64,000 nt of DNA from Piedraia hortae CBS 480.64 (lineage: Eukaryota), in NCBI GenBank assembly GCA_010093745.1, contig MU005977.1:1-64000 (forward strand), given 5' to 3'. The notes below the pieces were generated by a model. It made no database searches. It worked only from the letters and a program-made list of their open reading frames with translations, and had not been told where the DNA came from. Below, piece by piece: positions 1-11,394 of the stretch (positions are counted from its first letter, which is position 1; every line of letters starts with the position of its first letter). The translations under genes and the position numbers were made by a program.

Positions 1-1284
1 CGTGAAGTCGAGAGCCGAGCGACGGTTACTAATAATGCGCGTAATATACCGCATATTCACAACACTCTTCGACCGAAGTCACTAGCGCGTCTTCCTCGCA
101 CATGGGCGTTTTTCAATTGTTTCCTCATTCTTACAACACCGACATCAGTTGGTATACACCAAAGTATGCTACGAGAAGGTGGTGCTCCGGCATATCTCGC
201 GCCACCACATCATACTGGTATTCGAATGGGGGTTCGTATCACTGGGAGCTCATTGGCGAGGCAGGATTGAGGTTTCGCGAGCTTGAAAGTCAAGCGTTTG
301 CCTTGAGCAAAATATTGACCACCATCCTCATCATGAGAGAGGACATTGACATGATTGCCATGCTTACACCTATCAGCTGCTAATTCTAAGCCAACTGCGT
401 GCACACAGAAACCTTCTCCAAGTCTTTCTCTTATTACTTCCCTGGGATGGGGTCACGTCAGTGCGTCATCTTATCATTCCCAAACCCTCTAAGACCCGAC
501 TAGAGAGCAATGAAGTTCAAGAGACCAGTGCTTCGTGGAGCACCCATCTTGACGACAGCCTAAGCTAAATCCATATCCAATCGAGTACATTGATAGAAAA
601 TCGTGGTTCGGTGGGCCCGCAGCATACTAGGGCCCATCCAACCACAAAGATCTGAAGATGTTTTGTTGTTTTCACCCATCTCTACGCCCAGCCGAACTTG
701 GATGACGAAGAGATTCAGTCCAGTTGGTTGCCATCAGTCTTGCCAGCTATGCACTACACCCCTGGAGTGCTGGACATTATCAAGTGACAAATTAATTTAG
801 TTTTCCAAATGCAGAAAGGGCATTAGGATGATGTCTTGGCACACCCATAATCCCGGCATCGTCTGGCCCATCTCATCAGCCGGGGGCTATAGAATGATTG
901 AGCAAGAGTCTATCGAAGCCCTCTTGCTCTTCTCGGGCGAGCATGGCGATTTTACACACCGAACGCACGCAACCCTACACCGTGGACGGTCGGCTAAACG
1001 ATGCAAAATCCCAAAGGGCCATTGTTGGGGCGTCGGTGTACAAGACGGTATGCCAGTCTGACTACGCCATGGTATTGCCCTCAGCGATCTACTCTGAATT
1101 GAACCATGAAGAGACCACCATACACCGATTGTAGTAATGGGAGGTGAGGCATGGGCTGGCCTGGGAAATACGTTGGAACCGCGTTCCTGATACAGGCCTG
1201 ATTCACCGGAAAAGTTTCCCTCGTGTGGGGCCTCTGGACGTCATGAACGGGATTTCTTCCGCGCGTTGTGTTGATCATTAACGC

Positions 1285-1365
1285 ACTTCGAAATTGAAGC
1301 TTTCCACGACAACACCGCGCCTCCTACCAACATGTCGAACTCCTCGCAATCATCTTCCGCCGACT
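1285..1365 (-). mobile_element. Possible Ty1/copia RNase H remnant
   Basis: Minus-strand peptide EEFDMLVGGAVLSWKASISKCV resembles the copia RNase H motif FxLxGGAISWKSxKQxxV. No long ORF. Confidence 0.3.
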
Positions 1366-3456
1366 CAATGCGGCCTATGCTCTTGAGAATCCCCCGCAGA
1401 GCTAGCGATGGCCACGGTACGGAGATCTGTTCACATGATCTTACTGCAATACTGACCTCTTGTTAGCCCAGAATGTTCCCTCAGCGGACCTCAATCTAGT
1501 GAATATAGGAATGGGAAGTGACATGAAAGACAATGTTGTTACTGCTACCCTTTTTCTAAGACTCTAGAGGAGATGAGGTTACTAGTCACCCTAGCCCTAT
1601 TGGGACTGGCTCCCGAGTAACATCAACAGAGCTTTCCTCATGATGGAAGTTTTATTGAGGAACTGCTAGTATAAGCTTGATGGCCGGTTCCGAGGCTGCA
1701 AGTCAGATTGAATATCTTCGAGACGTGAGGTGTCCTGACTGGAACATGGAAGCGCTGGCGCAACCCCTTCCCCATGTACGAATTTCGACAATGATTGAAA
1801 GAAGCTCATGATGAGTACGCATTGGATTGACCTCCATTGGCCGCATTGGAATCAGCAACTGATAAGGCATTTGGCGGCAGCTGTAATCGTAGCAATCATG
1901 TCAGCATCCTTCGCCATGGTGAGGCTCCACTTTGGATGTTAAGAGGACATCTTTCGCTTGCAAGCTTGCCAGGAACTCAGTCTCGCCGCCCAGCCAAAAC
2001 GCCCGCCTTTATCCGAATACCCATTAGGATGTTATTAGAAACAAAGTGGCAGCGCGAGAAATGTAGCGATATCATCCTTCGGTGGCATGGTTTGGTTTAT
2101 GCCACTGAGGTGAATGTTGCTTTGGGTAAGAAGAATAAGTCATTTGAAATTGATGTGTGCGAAGAAGATGCGCTAACGACCTTGGCCGAGGAATAGCCGC
2201 CTCGTGATGCATAAAACAATGGGGACTGTTCACACGCCAGTTCTGAACAGGCTACGCCAAATTTTGAGTACAGACTTCCCTTCTGAATAGTTCGACATGA
2301 TTGAACTTGGCTCTGGATCTGAAGATTGAGGTCGAGGCCTCTCAAGCATTTTACCTCCAAGGAGAAAATTTACCATGGGGTGGGTTACGGGACGGCCCTA
2401 CTTATGCTAGAGTTCGCGTTCAATGGCGTAGTCTCAGTCGATGCGGCTTATGTCGCATGATTGCATAGATCAGTGGGCTGCATGTGGGGAAAAGTTCGGT
2501 CCGTGCATCATAACAGGACGAACTGTGTAAGGTTCGATCTTCCGAACCTTTATTTTCCAGACCTAAGATTCAATCTCAAAGTTTTTCTATGGCATCTACC
2601 CATACCAACTTCTGATTGAACAGGATTCACAGTCGGGAAGTCATCTTTTTCTAGTGCGGCCCGGGAGGAGTCGTATCTTCATGACCTCGGCCTGGCCAGT
2701 GCTACTGTTTAGAAGATATGTGAGATAGAAGGCTGTGGAGAGCCTATGTAGCATAACGTCAAATCTAGCCTCTCATTCGAGTGCCAACCATCGAACTTGA
2801 AAGGACGTAACTTGGTAAAGAAAAACTCTGTTATCGGCTGTAGCTCCTTATTGAGGAATACTGCGGAGAGAAGTCGTGCACATAAATTGGCGAAACATTC
2901 TGGGAAAATCGGCTCACTTTGCCACAGCGATGGACAACGTTAGCGATGGTGGGGTCTATCGCAGGGAGGGAGAAGCTGGTGTGTTTCAAGTTGTCTGTTG
3001 ACACATCGAGGAATGCATTCTTTGCACCACACGAGCATTTGGAGGAGGCTGGAATGTAACTGACGTGGTGCTTCTTTATTTGACACGCTTCGGGCCCTGA
3101 TATGGAGAGATGTGGGCAGGTTCCCGTGGTTGGTCCTTTCCATCGTGTTTTCTTGCACACGTACAGCTGAGCCAGAGTCGCTGTTACAACACACCACAGG
3201 ACATATAGATAGATGATGAAGCAGAATGTCGGAATATGTGAGTTGGTTTTTTTGGTCTCTCCTTGCTGAACGCTGCATGCAGGTGGATCTGCTGAACTGT
3301 AAGACGTATTCAAAGTTCAACTGTATGCATACAGTATCAAACAGATATTCTCGTGGACAAGCTGAGATCTCAATGGAACATAGACTTCTCTTGCAAAAAT
3401 GATTTTGGAAGCGCGCACTAATAACACTAATTGTACAGAATCTCTTCACCATCTTA

Positions 3457-4767
3457 TCAAACAATACCCTTCATCCTTAATCGATAAAAACACGTATGCG
3501 GAGCACCCCAGTTTGTCGTGGCGCGAACAACGATTTTTGAGAAGCCTGAGGGAGCAACATCACGGTCCAGGTGCAAAGGGAACCTCTGCACCCAGTTGTA
3601 GGCATTAATGTTGTAAAACCCGGTACCCGCACACACGTGCAATGGAGTGGGTGGCTGGCTGATACATTTTTGTACATCTTCAAGAGCCATGCGCGCATCT
3701 GCCGCATCATCAATCTCCTCCGTCATCTCGGGAGTAGTCTCGACCCAGAACTCCAGATGCCTCGGCGCGGAGAGAGGGTTCATGGCGGCTGTCGCAGGAA
3801 TGTGTTCCACGATGACTTCTTCTGGGTGGATTTTAACGCCAAGGATAATGCTAAGCTGGATCATGGTCCCACTGTTTTTGGTGTGTTGTGCACACCAGCA
3901 CTCGCCCGGCTCATCCCAGCGTTGTAGGGCGGCGATGGGGCGTATGGTGTCTAGAGGACGTGAGGTCTTGCCAATATCAACGTGAGCGCCGAGTGCGGGG
4001 GAAAAAAAGTTTCGTTCAGTCAAGGCACGGAATTGATTATGGAAGGTTGGGTTGCCTGAGAGCTTCTCTGCACGATCGAGAGTCACTCCAGCTGACTCGG
4101 CTAGGTCGGAAAGCTTCTACGTAACTCGTGCTTCGGATTTCACCAGCTCCTTTTTAAATTCTGAGCGAACGCCGGAGAGGCGCTCGTTAACCAGTTTGCC
4201 GGCGAGGACGGCGGTTATACAATCGCTGTTGCTCTCATGGTACCTCGGTGAAGTCCACAGGGTGCGCTCTCGAATCTTGGACCAGTCGATATGCCCTGCG
4301 TAAGGGACGTGCACCTTCTTGGACGGACTCGCCCAATTTGGGCTGCTGAGGGAAGGGTACAAGGTCAAGTGCAGCAGCGCGAACACAACGAATATGAACG
4401 CAACTACTAGTTTAATGATGCCCCAAATTGAAAGAGGTGACTCTGGGGGTTGGACGGTCGCACGATATTGAGGCGTGCCTTGTACGAAACTGGCCGAATT
4501 GAAAGAGATGGACGAGTCCTCTAAATTCGACGAGGACTTTCCCGGACTGTTATCTGGCTCCCGCTTGATAGCCCTACCAATGCTTGCCCGCGCAGGAGAT
4601 GGCTCTCTGACTAGCCCTGGAACTGGTGATAGTCTGGTTCGCCTGATGTTGCCTCTCGGTTTCGCTGGAGTTGTGTACGGTAATATGTCCAGCACATATT
4701 CGGAATCGTCCCACGCAGAGGCTCGCGTAGCCCGGCGATAAGTATTCGCTCTGTTTCTTGGAGACAT
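3457..4767 (-). CDS. SUN-domain (Sad1/UNC-84) nuclear envelope protein, interrupted by one in-frame TAG at 4117-4119
   Basis: ORFs 4117..4767 and 3457..4086 share one frame (..ARVT*KLSDLAESAGVTLDRAEK..). S/R/P-rich N-terminus, one TM helix (IIKLVVAFIFVVFALLHL), and SUN motifs NFFSPALGA, WDEPGECWC, VIVEHIP, SAPRHLEFW, TNWGAPHTCFYRLRMKG. Confidence 0.8.
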
Positions 4768-5776
4768 GGCGCAGCTTACAACAAAGGGTTTGGTAGTAAA
4801 TGAAGATAGCAGAGTTGCTTGCGACGCCCTTCTTTAGATATGCGACAGAATTTGGGTGCTTTTCTGAGAATTGTCTTAGCAAAAAAAAGCTGCTCTGCAT
4901 TTGATTGAGTTGACTGTGGATGAATGTCAAGATTTACTTTACGCGCTAATGTCCATCATCTCAAGTCCCGGCGCGAAATGATCCTTCATCACTTTGACCT
5001 TCTAAAGTTTATACAGATGCACAGTGCTGTCAGGACGAAGTGTTAACCACATTATCAAGGTTAGGCGTAGCGGAAACACACATGTCCTCTTTGTTCCAAC
5101 CGCATTTGGTTTTGGGTACAAATCTGTCGTCAAGTTCTTTGTTCATTCTTTGTTACTTGTCGCATGCGGACCTCACGCTTCCATTGTTGCAGACCACCTA
5201 GTTTGACAAATGACAGCTGAATGCCACTTGCACTTTTTCGCTCCATTGTCGGCCGTCCATACCCAGTCAAGAGACTGCGGTTAATTAAGTGGCAATTGAC
5301 TGTTTCATGCTTGATATGTGCATAGAACGGAGAAGTCTTTGAAAGTCCCGCCCATTGCGTGGATGCTCTTGCGCAACAGTTCAATCGCGAATACCACAAC
5401 GCATAGCCATCGTACATGGTCATACATCATTTCATTCGAAAGCGCATGAGCTAGAGCTCCACATGGTCCACTCTTCAAATCTTACGGCTCCTTGCGCGGC
5501 AGTTATCTCGCGATCTCTGCCAAAATGCACCAACGCAAACATTGAATTAGCGCAGGAGCAGCTGAAAACAACTGCATTCTCAGAATTTCAATGAACATGA
5601 CTTTCGTCCCAGAAGCATAACTTCCGATACTCTTGCAACAGAAAATATGAAATTCTGATCGAGAAACGAAAGGCAATCTGTCTATACGATGTATGCCACT
5701 TTCTTAAACCGACTGTAAGCCCATCTCACCCCCCTTGGTCGTAATGCGTTGCGTACTCTTGTATTACATCATCTCG

Positions 5777-6453
5777 CTAAGTAGCTTTCGATTGTTTAAA
5801 CATCTCCTCCAGCTCTTGAATAACGTTCGTAGCGGACCAGTTTGGTCCCCTGTCTAACTCCAAAGTAAGAGCGAAAGCGCTGATTGAGTAAGTGGTGTAG
5901 AGATTTGGCTCTCGTGGGTGAGAGTGCGCAGCGACCCGAAGAGGACGGAGCGATAGACAGAATCAGGGACAGGAAAGATGTAGATGTATGTGAGTCAAAT
6001 ACCAGTTGCAGTATGGTAGTGTGAATGACTATTCTCTCATGTAAGGGGACGTCAGAATAAATATTCTGTGCCGGTGGGCCGGTGACGTCATGTCGTACAC
6101 TAGCAGGGCGTATTCACCATGTCACATATGACATGACCCTGAGGGAAAACCTCTGTGAGGGGAAAACCTAGGGTGCAGCTGGTAGTGTAGGAGGTATCGC
6201 TGACTTGCTATGCAAGTGCCCTGCACACGCGCTAGCGGCGATGCTTGAGTCCAACAAGTGGGACTTGAATGATCTTTCGACCCTTGAGAAGTTTCGGAAT
6301 GCTGCCGGATGAGGTCTTCTGGGGCTACTTAACTTCATGGAGGAGTCCGAAGGCGGCAACTGCTTGCACCAGTGGGTGGCGTTCCATGTCTTACGCATAA
6401 TTTTTGTGATGGATGATTTGAAGGAAGACGAGATCTTCCGCGAGGAAAAACAT
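5777..6453 (-). pseudogene. Orphan tandem-family copy 1, frameshifted and split by a solo LTR
   Basis: SSFKSSITKIMRKTW before the LTR and SISAFALTLELDRGPNWSATNVIQELEE after it match the intact paralog at 7040-7369. There is an extra T after the ATG, and the two halves are out of frame. Confidence 0.75.
5896..6256 (-). mobile_element. Solo LTR, family A (copia-like termini)
   Basis: TG...CA ends (minus strand begins TGTTGGA). 5-bp TSD AGTGG at 5891-5895 and 6257-6261. Four more copies in the window. Confidence 0.92.
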
Positions 6454-7039
6454 CTTGGTAGCTGAAGTGTTTGGTGGAGGAGAGGTATGTAATGGATGAA
6501 GAGAGGAAGTCGGAAGTTTACTTGACTGAGCGCCTGGCTCACATACTTGGCTCTGACTTTTCTCGGGTGTGATTTTTTACGTCACGTTTACTTGTATGCG
6601 CGCAGACTGGGTGAAGTTTGTTGTCGTGGGTGAAAAAGAAAACACGCAGCTTGGGCTGGGGAGTGATATGCTGTTCTTAAGTTTGAATTGTAATGGGGCA
6701 GTGGCCGCACAGTTGAGATGTGGTGTGAGAAATGATGGAATCAAGATGCGTATGCACGCGAGCAAAACGGAAAACCCCATTTGCGAGCAATAAATCTTGG
6801 CAAATCAGTCTCATCGACACAGCTAAGCTAGCTGGTACGCCCAGAAGCAATAACCTCTGACAATCTTGGAATCAGCGATGACTCCTTCGATACCACTCAA
6901 CCAGGTAAACGCAAGATTTTAATGTAAAAAGAAAGACCATCCGCACTTAGAACAGTTTGCATACAAACTCTCCTTAACAGACCGTTTATGCCCATTGCCC
7001 GCATTTCATTATCATAACCTGTTTGCACTTATTAACATT

Positions 7040-7369
7040 TTACCCCCGGATTCTGTCAATCGCCCCTTCTAGTTCTTGCATAATATTTTCTGTCGACCAA
7101 ACAGGTCCCATGTCCGAAAGCTGTAAAGTCAGAGCGGAAGCGCTGATTGTCGATGTCGTAGTTGATTCGGGTTTCGAAATTAGTGATGCTTCAAAATGCG
7201 AGACCTTCCAGGATGGGTCCTCTGCACTGATTGACTCCGGCGACGATGAGGTAGGGGACGATTCGTGAACAGGCGATTGCTTTCGCCGGAGGGTGGTGGT
7301 CCATGTCTTGCGCATAGTTTTTGTTATGGAGGACTTGAAGGAAGATGGAACATTTCGCAACGAAAACAT
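7040..7369 (-). CDS. Orphan small Ser/Thr-rich protein (109 aa), tandem-family copy 2
   Basis: Open frame MFSLRNVPSSFKSSITKTMRKTW...MQELEGAIDRIRG. Homologous coding and flanking sequence occurs in the neighbouring copies. Confidence 0.55.
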   Translation of the reverse strand: MFSLRNVPSSFKSSITKTMRKTWTTTLRRKQSPVHESSPTSSSPESISAEDPSWKVSHFEASLISKPESTTTSTISASALTLQLSDMGPVWSTENIMQELEGAIDRIRG

Positions 7370-8506
7370 CTTAGCAGCTTTGGTGTTTGATGGAGAAGAT
7401 GTGTGTTGTAAGGGAAAAGAGGAAGTCGAACTGTTGTGAAATGGAATTTTCAGCTCGTGAGGTTGAGGACGCAGTTTGGGCTGGGGCGTGACATGATTTT
7501 CTGAAGTTGTCATTTCGCACGCCCCTCTCATTTATACATACAGGCGAGATTATGCACTGTTCTATTGTATCTTCCTAATAGATTTCATTTCGGATTGATC
7601 ATCACGGGAACCAATCGAAGTCGAGATTGGTAGCTTTGGAGTGTACTAATTGAAAGGGTACACTCAACAGAGTTATAGATGAAGGCTGGTCATATATAGC
7701 CATCTTTGAAACGACTGTCTACGTCCATTCCATTTCCTCCCACTGGCAAACGCTGCACAGTGGCGTGCCAGATTTTTGATTTTCCATTATCCTGGAGGTT
7801 AGAAAAATGCTCCTGGAGGAGCGCCACAAATATAAAGCGAGAGTCGCGATCGCCGTCCGCACCACCTCCGACTCTTCCTGCAGGAGACCTCCCCCATCTA
7901 CCCCACCACCTCCTTTCCCTTCACCCTTCCCCTTCCCCTTCCCCGTTCCTCCAACCCCTCAGTCCCTCTGCGCTTTCCATTGCTAAGCCCGTGGAACTCT
8001 TGCTCATGGCGAATATCTAAGGACATCTTAGCCCCAGGGGTCACCTCTATGTAGACCTCTTCGGTCGCCTGGACACAAGTTGGCCAGCTCAATATCTCGC
8101 GCGTGGCTCTGCGAGAGATGGGATGAACAGCGTCAAAGCGGTACAGTATCACCTGCAGAGGCAGTGGGAAGACTATCTGGACCGCCCGTTCCTCTTGGTG
8201 GTTTCTTTCCACCTCCGCCACACCTCAATGCTCTTAAGCTTCCACCTCGTCTTATCTTTATATCGTGTTGCACCCTCCAGCGTCTTCACCCCTCATCCCC
8301 GCAAACACCTCCCCCAACTCCTTCATGATATCTGTATCGGACCAACCAGATTCCATGTCTGACAGCTCCAAACTATAAGCAGAGGAAATCGAAGTTGATA
8401 TGGTTTCCGACACTTGCGGTCCTTGAACATGCGAGCCTTCCCAGGATGAATCGTCTGAACTGCTCGACGGCGAAGACGATGAGACGGGTGATTTCTGAGT
8501 TTGAAA

Positions 8507-8668
8507 TTATTTTTGCCGGTGTATGTTGGCCCGTTTCTTGCGCATGGTTTTCGTCAGCGACGACTTTGGGGACGACGAGATCGACTTCTTTTGATCGTGA
8601 GCATGGTCCCATTTATTGCACATAGTTCTTGTAATGGGTGACTTGAGGGAAAACGGGAGTGAGAACAT
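8507..8668 (-). pseudogene. Orphan tandem-family copy 3, truncated, with an internal motif duplication
   Basis: MFSLPFSLKSPITRTMCNKW...SSSPKSSLTKTMRKK. Upstream 8761-8850 resembles 6544-6632. Confidence 0.55.
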
Positions 8669-9184
8669 CTTTGGTGTTGGATAGTCTAAGAGAGGTGTAT
8701 GCTGGAGCGTAGAAGCAAAAGCCAGGATGATAAGAAGGCAATTTCTTGGACAGGTGTGCATACTTGACTGTAACCTCTCTCGGGATCATGGAGGACTCCA
8801 TGTGAAATTTATGTATACGCAGGCTGAGTAGACTCTGTTCTCGTAGGTGTAAGGATGCTATCTGTGCTAGGGCGCGATTGGGTCGATTTTTATGACATGC
8901 TGTTCTTTGGTGGGAAGCTTGGTCGGTTGGCCCAACAGTTTCGCGCTGGTGCTGGAAGTAGACGCCAGAAGTGGTAAGTTGTTCAAATTTGCCCTCGTTG
9001 GGAAAACGACCCGGATAAAGAAGCTGGAGTGTCGATGGTCACGATGTATATATCCACATGAATTGTGAATAATTCAGTTTGAGCCTATTCTTCTGTGATA
9101 GTTCGGGGAGGGTATAAGGCTTCCAGTTGCAGACGTATGGCGAGCTTGATGTAGTTGCACTTTAGCGTCCCGTTTTCTGATGTC

Positions 9185-9365
9185 TATTATCACTGTTGTG
9201 GACAGAGGAAACAGCGATGAAAGAAAGACAACGCGACTGCCCGCCCAAGCCGGCGGGCGGAACTATGTACAAGAAACAACTAATCTATCAGCGACAACAA
9301 TGTCGATCATGCGATCGACATACCCCGAGGCACCGGCAAGGATTGACACTGGCCACCGCCTCGTA
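9185..9365 (+). repeat. Dispersed ~180-bp structured repeat, copy 1
   Basis: Closely matches the reverse complement of 50147-50320. Contains hairpins GCCCGCC..GGCGGGC and ATGTCGATC-N4-GATCGACAT. Confidence 0.85.
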
Positions 9366-9701
9366 TCTATTGCGTATAAAGCGAACATTGTGCGTTTGCC
9401 AATGGTGCAACAAATTTTTGGGAAGTGTGGGGCTGGCCAGTCGGGGATCGGCCGATTGATTGCCAGTGCTTTGTGACGTTTGTTGGGAACATTTACCATT
9501 TCCACTTCGCATAGCAATTGTTTCTATGTCAGCGCATCTACTAGTTAGTTTATTAATCGACGATTGATGCCTGAGAGATGACACAACCGAGTAGAATACT
9601 TGCGCTGCAAAGACTTGAACACCAGTATTCATACTAGTTTGGCTAATAACACCGTCGCTCATCCACTCATACAGATTCAACCAAGAAAAAAAATCATGTG
9701 T

Positions 9702-11103
9702 TTATTGCAACGGTTCCGAAGAAGAAGATAATCTATTCAAGTGCAGATAGACGTCTGTCCCGTACCTGTTCACAAGCACCAGTTAGCCCACGTTCCCGAT
9801 TGCGTAGGACATTTCAACTCACCCCTCCATGCTTATCAGCTTTAGATCGCCACCAAAGTATCTCGCGTACAATCTCGATATCGGTAGACCATAGCCAAAG
9901 CCCGCCATAGGAGCTTTGAAGTCAGACTGATTGAAATCCGGATCCAGGCTCGGTGTCTGGTCTACGGTTGTGTACATATATGTCCAGACCAAGGGGATTG
10001 CGCTCCTCGGTATGCCGCCCCCTTCGTCGCTGATTTTGAGCGTAATGTCCTCCCGCCCTTCACTGACGATGACCTGGGTGACGGGGAACTCTTCCTTCTC
10101 CGCGCCGTGCCGCTCAACGACGGCGCGGAGAGAGTTCTTGAGGATCTCAAACAGCATGTGTGACAAGTGACCTGGCACGTACATGAAATTCAAGTCCGGC
10201 GGACATACAAGGCGAACTTGGGGTGCATCGAAGAGACCGTAGTGGTCTTCGCATACAAAACGGGCGTTCTCAATCGCTTCCTGCGCTAGATCGCGAACGT
10301 TTGTTTTAGTGCAAATGATTCCCACGTAGTCGGGGTCATTATGGGCGCGTTGATCGGTTAGAGCTATGTGTTGTCCAATCAGCATCCGTATGCCGATGCG
10401 GGACATGTAAAAGCGATCGAGGAACGATTGGATATTGTGGTCAATCTGCATACGTTGCCTCTTGCGCTTGTATTCCAATATGCCCTGGGCTACAGTCGTC
10501 ACAACGCCGTCATGCCGTCGTTTGATGCCCTGTAGAGTCTTCGAGAACCGATTATTATAATCTGCCAGTTCGGGAGGCCACGGCTCGCTAGATTCGCCTT
10601 CTTCTGCAGCAGAATAATAGCGCTTGGCGTTCGTAGGCCGCCTGCTGCGCAGGTCCTGGGCATACTGTCCGGGTTTTACGCTAGGATTATGCGTGGTTTC
10701 GCTGAGAACCCGGCTGCGATCACCCTTGGTGGGCTGCGACAGGCGCTCCCTAACGGAGGGAGAAAGAACAGGCTTGGGGAGCTCAACGATTTCTTCAAAA
10801 GACTGAGCGTACCAGTCTTGCACGCGCTTGATACTCGGCATTTCACTGAGGCCGTCGGGAAGCTCCGAGAGCTCCTGGACGCGATGCGCGAGGCGGATGG
10901 GGAGTTCTTCGCTTAAAAATTGCGATGCGCGGAATAGCGTCCCAGTGCTCGATCGCTGGCCAAACTGGACCATTTGGCGCAGCGACACTCCTGTCGCCGG
11001 GAAGGCGCTGTAATGTGCGATGGCCTTGGCCAGCGCCGGACTCTGCGGAATTTTAGACAATCGTTGAATCAAGGTGTTTGCTACAGACCTGCGTCCACGA
11101 CAT
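9702..11103 (-). CDS. Mitochondrial pyruvate dehydrogenase kinase (PDK/BCKDK family)
   Basis: Exons 11103-11089 (MSWTQ), 11042-9823 and 9765-9702 (YGTDVYLHLNRLSSSSEPLQ*), with GT-AG introns of 46 and 57 nt. Motifs EELPIRLAHRV, FLDRFYMSRIGIRML, FEILKNSLRA, KISDEGGGI, MAGFGYGLPISRLYARYFGG. Confidence 0.95.
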
Positions 11104-11394
11104 TTTGGCTGTGCGCGACGTTTAACTCGTCCAAGCCGTCGTTCGTCGTCGAGCTCCGAGAAACCCCGCAATCACTGACTCTCGCCGAGGCCGTTGCAAC
11201 AAGCTTCAGACTCGATTCCAATTACGTCATCATATCGCTACAACTACACACGACCAACTACATGCGGAGTTAAAGGGGACGAACTGATAGTGTGAATACA
11301 CTGAGACGTTAATATTTACATAGTTATCTATACTGCATGCATGAGGGGACGTTGTTCATGGCCATCACGTGACCCATCCTTCAAGATGCAGTAA

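Noticed and set aside
1..3400. Several 60-175 aa ORFs at the left end
   Set aside because: No recognisable domains, mostly non-ATG starts and overlapping frames; probably decayed sequence.
6130..6180. Hammerhead or HDV-like ribozyme reading of the LTR hairpin (GAAA motifs on the plus strand)
   Set aside because: No CUGANGA core and no nested double pseudoknot; the complementary U-rich-loop reading fits better.
6168..6542. ORFs ending in SAIPPTLPAAP (also 35449-35658 and 43555-43746) and the HPRFCPHRGFPQGH ORFs
   Set aside because: The shared peptides are chance read-through into LTR sequence, not a protein family.
11104..11171. N-terminal extension of the PDK ORF from a TTG start
   Set aside because: An ATG at 11103 plus a 46-nt intron gives the expected MSW.. 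start.
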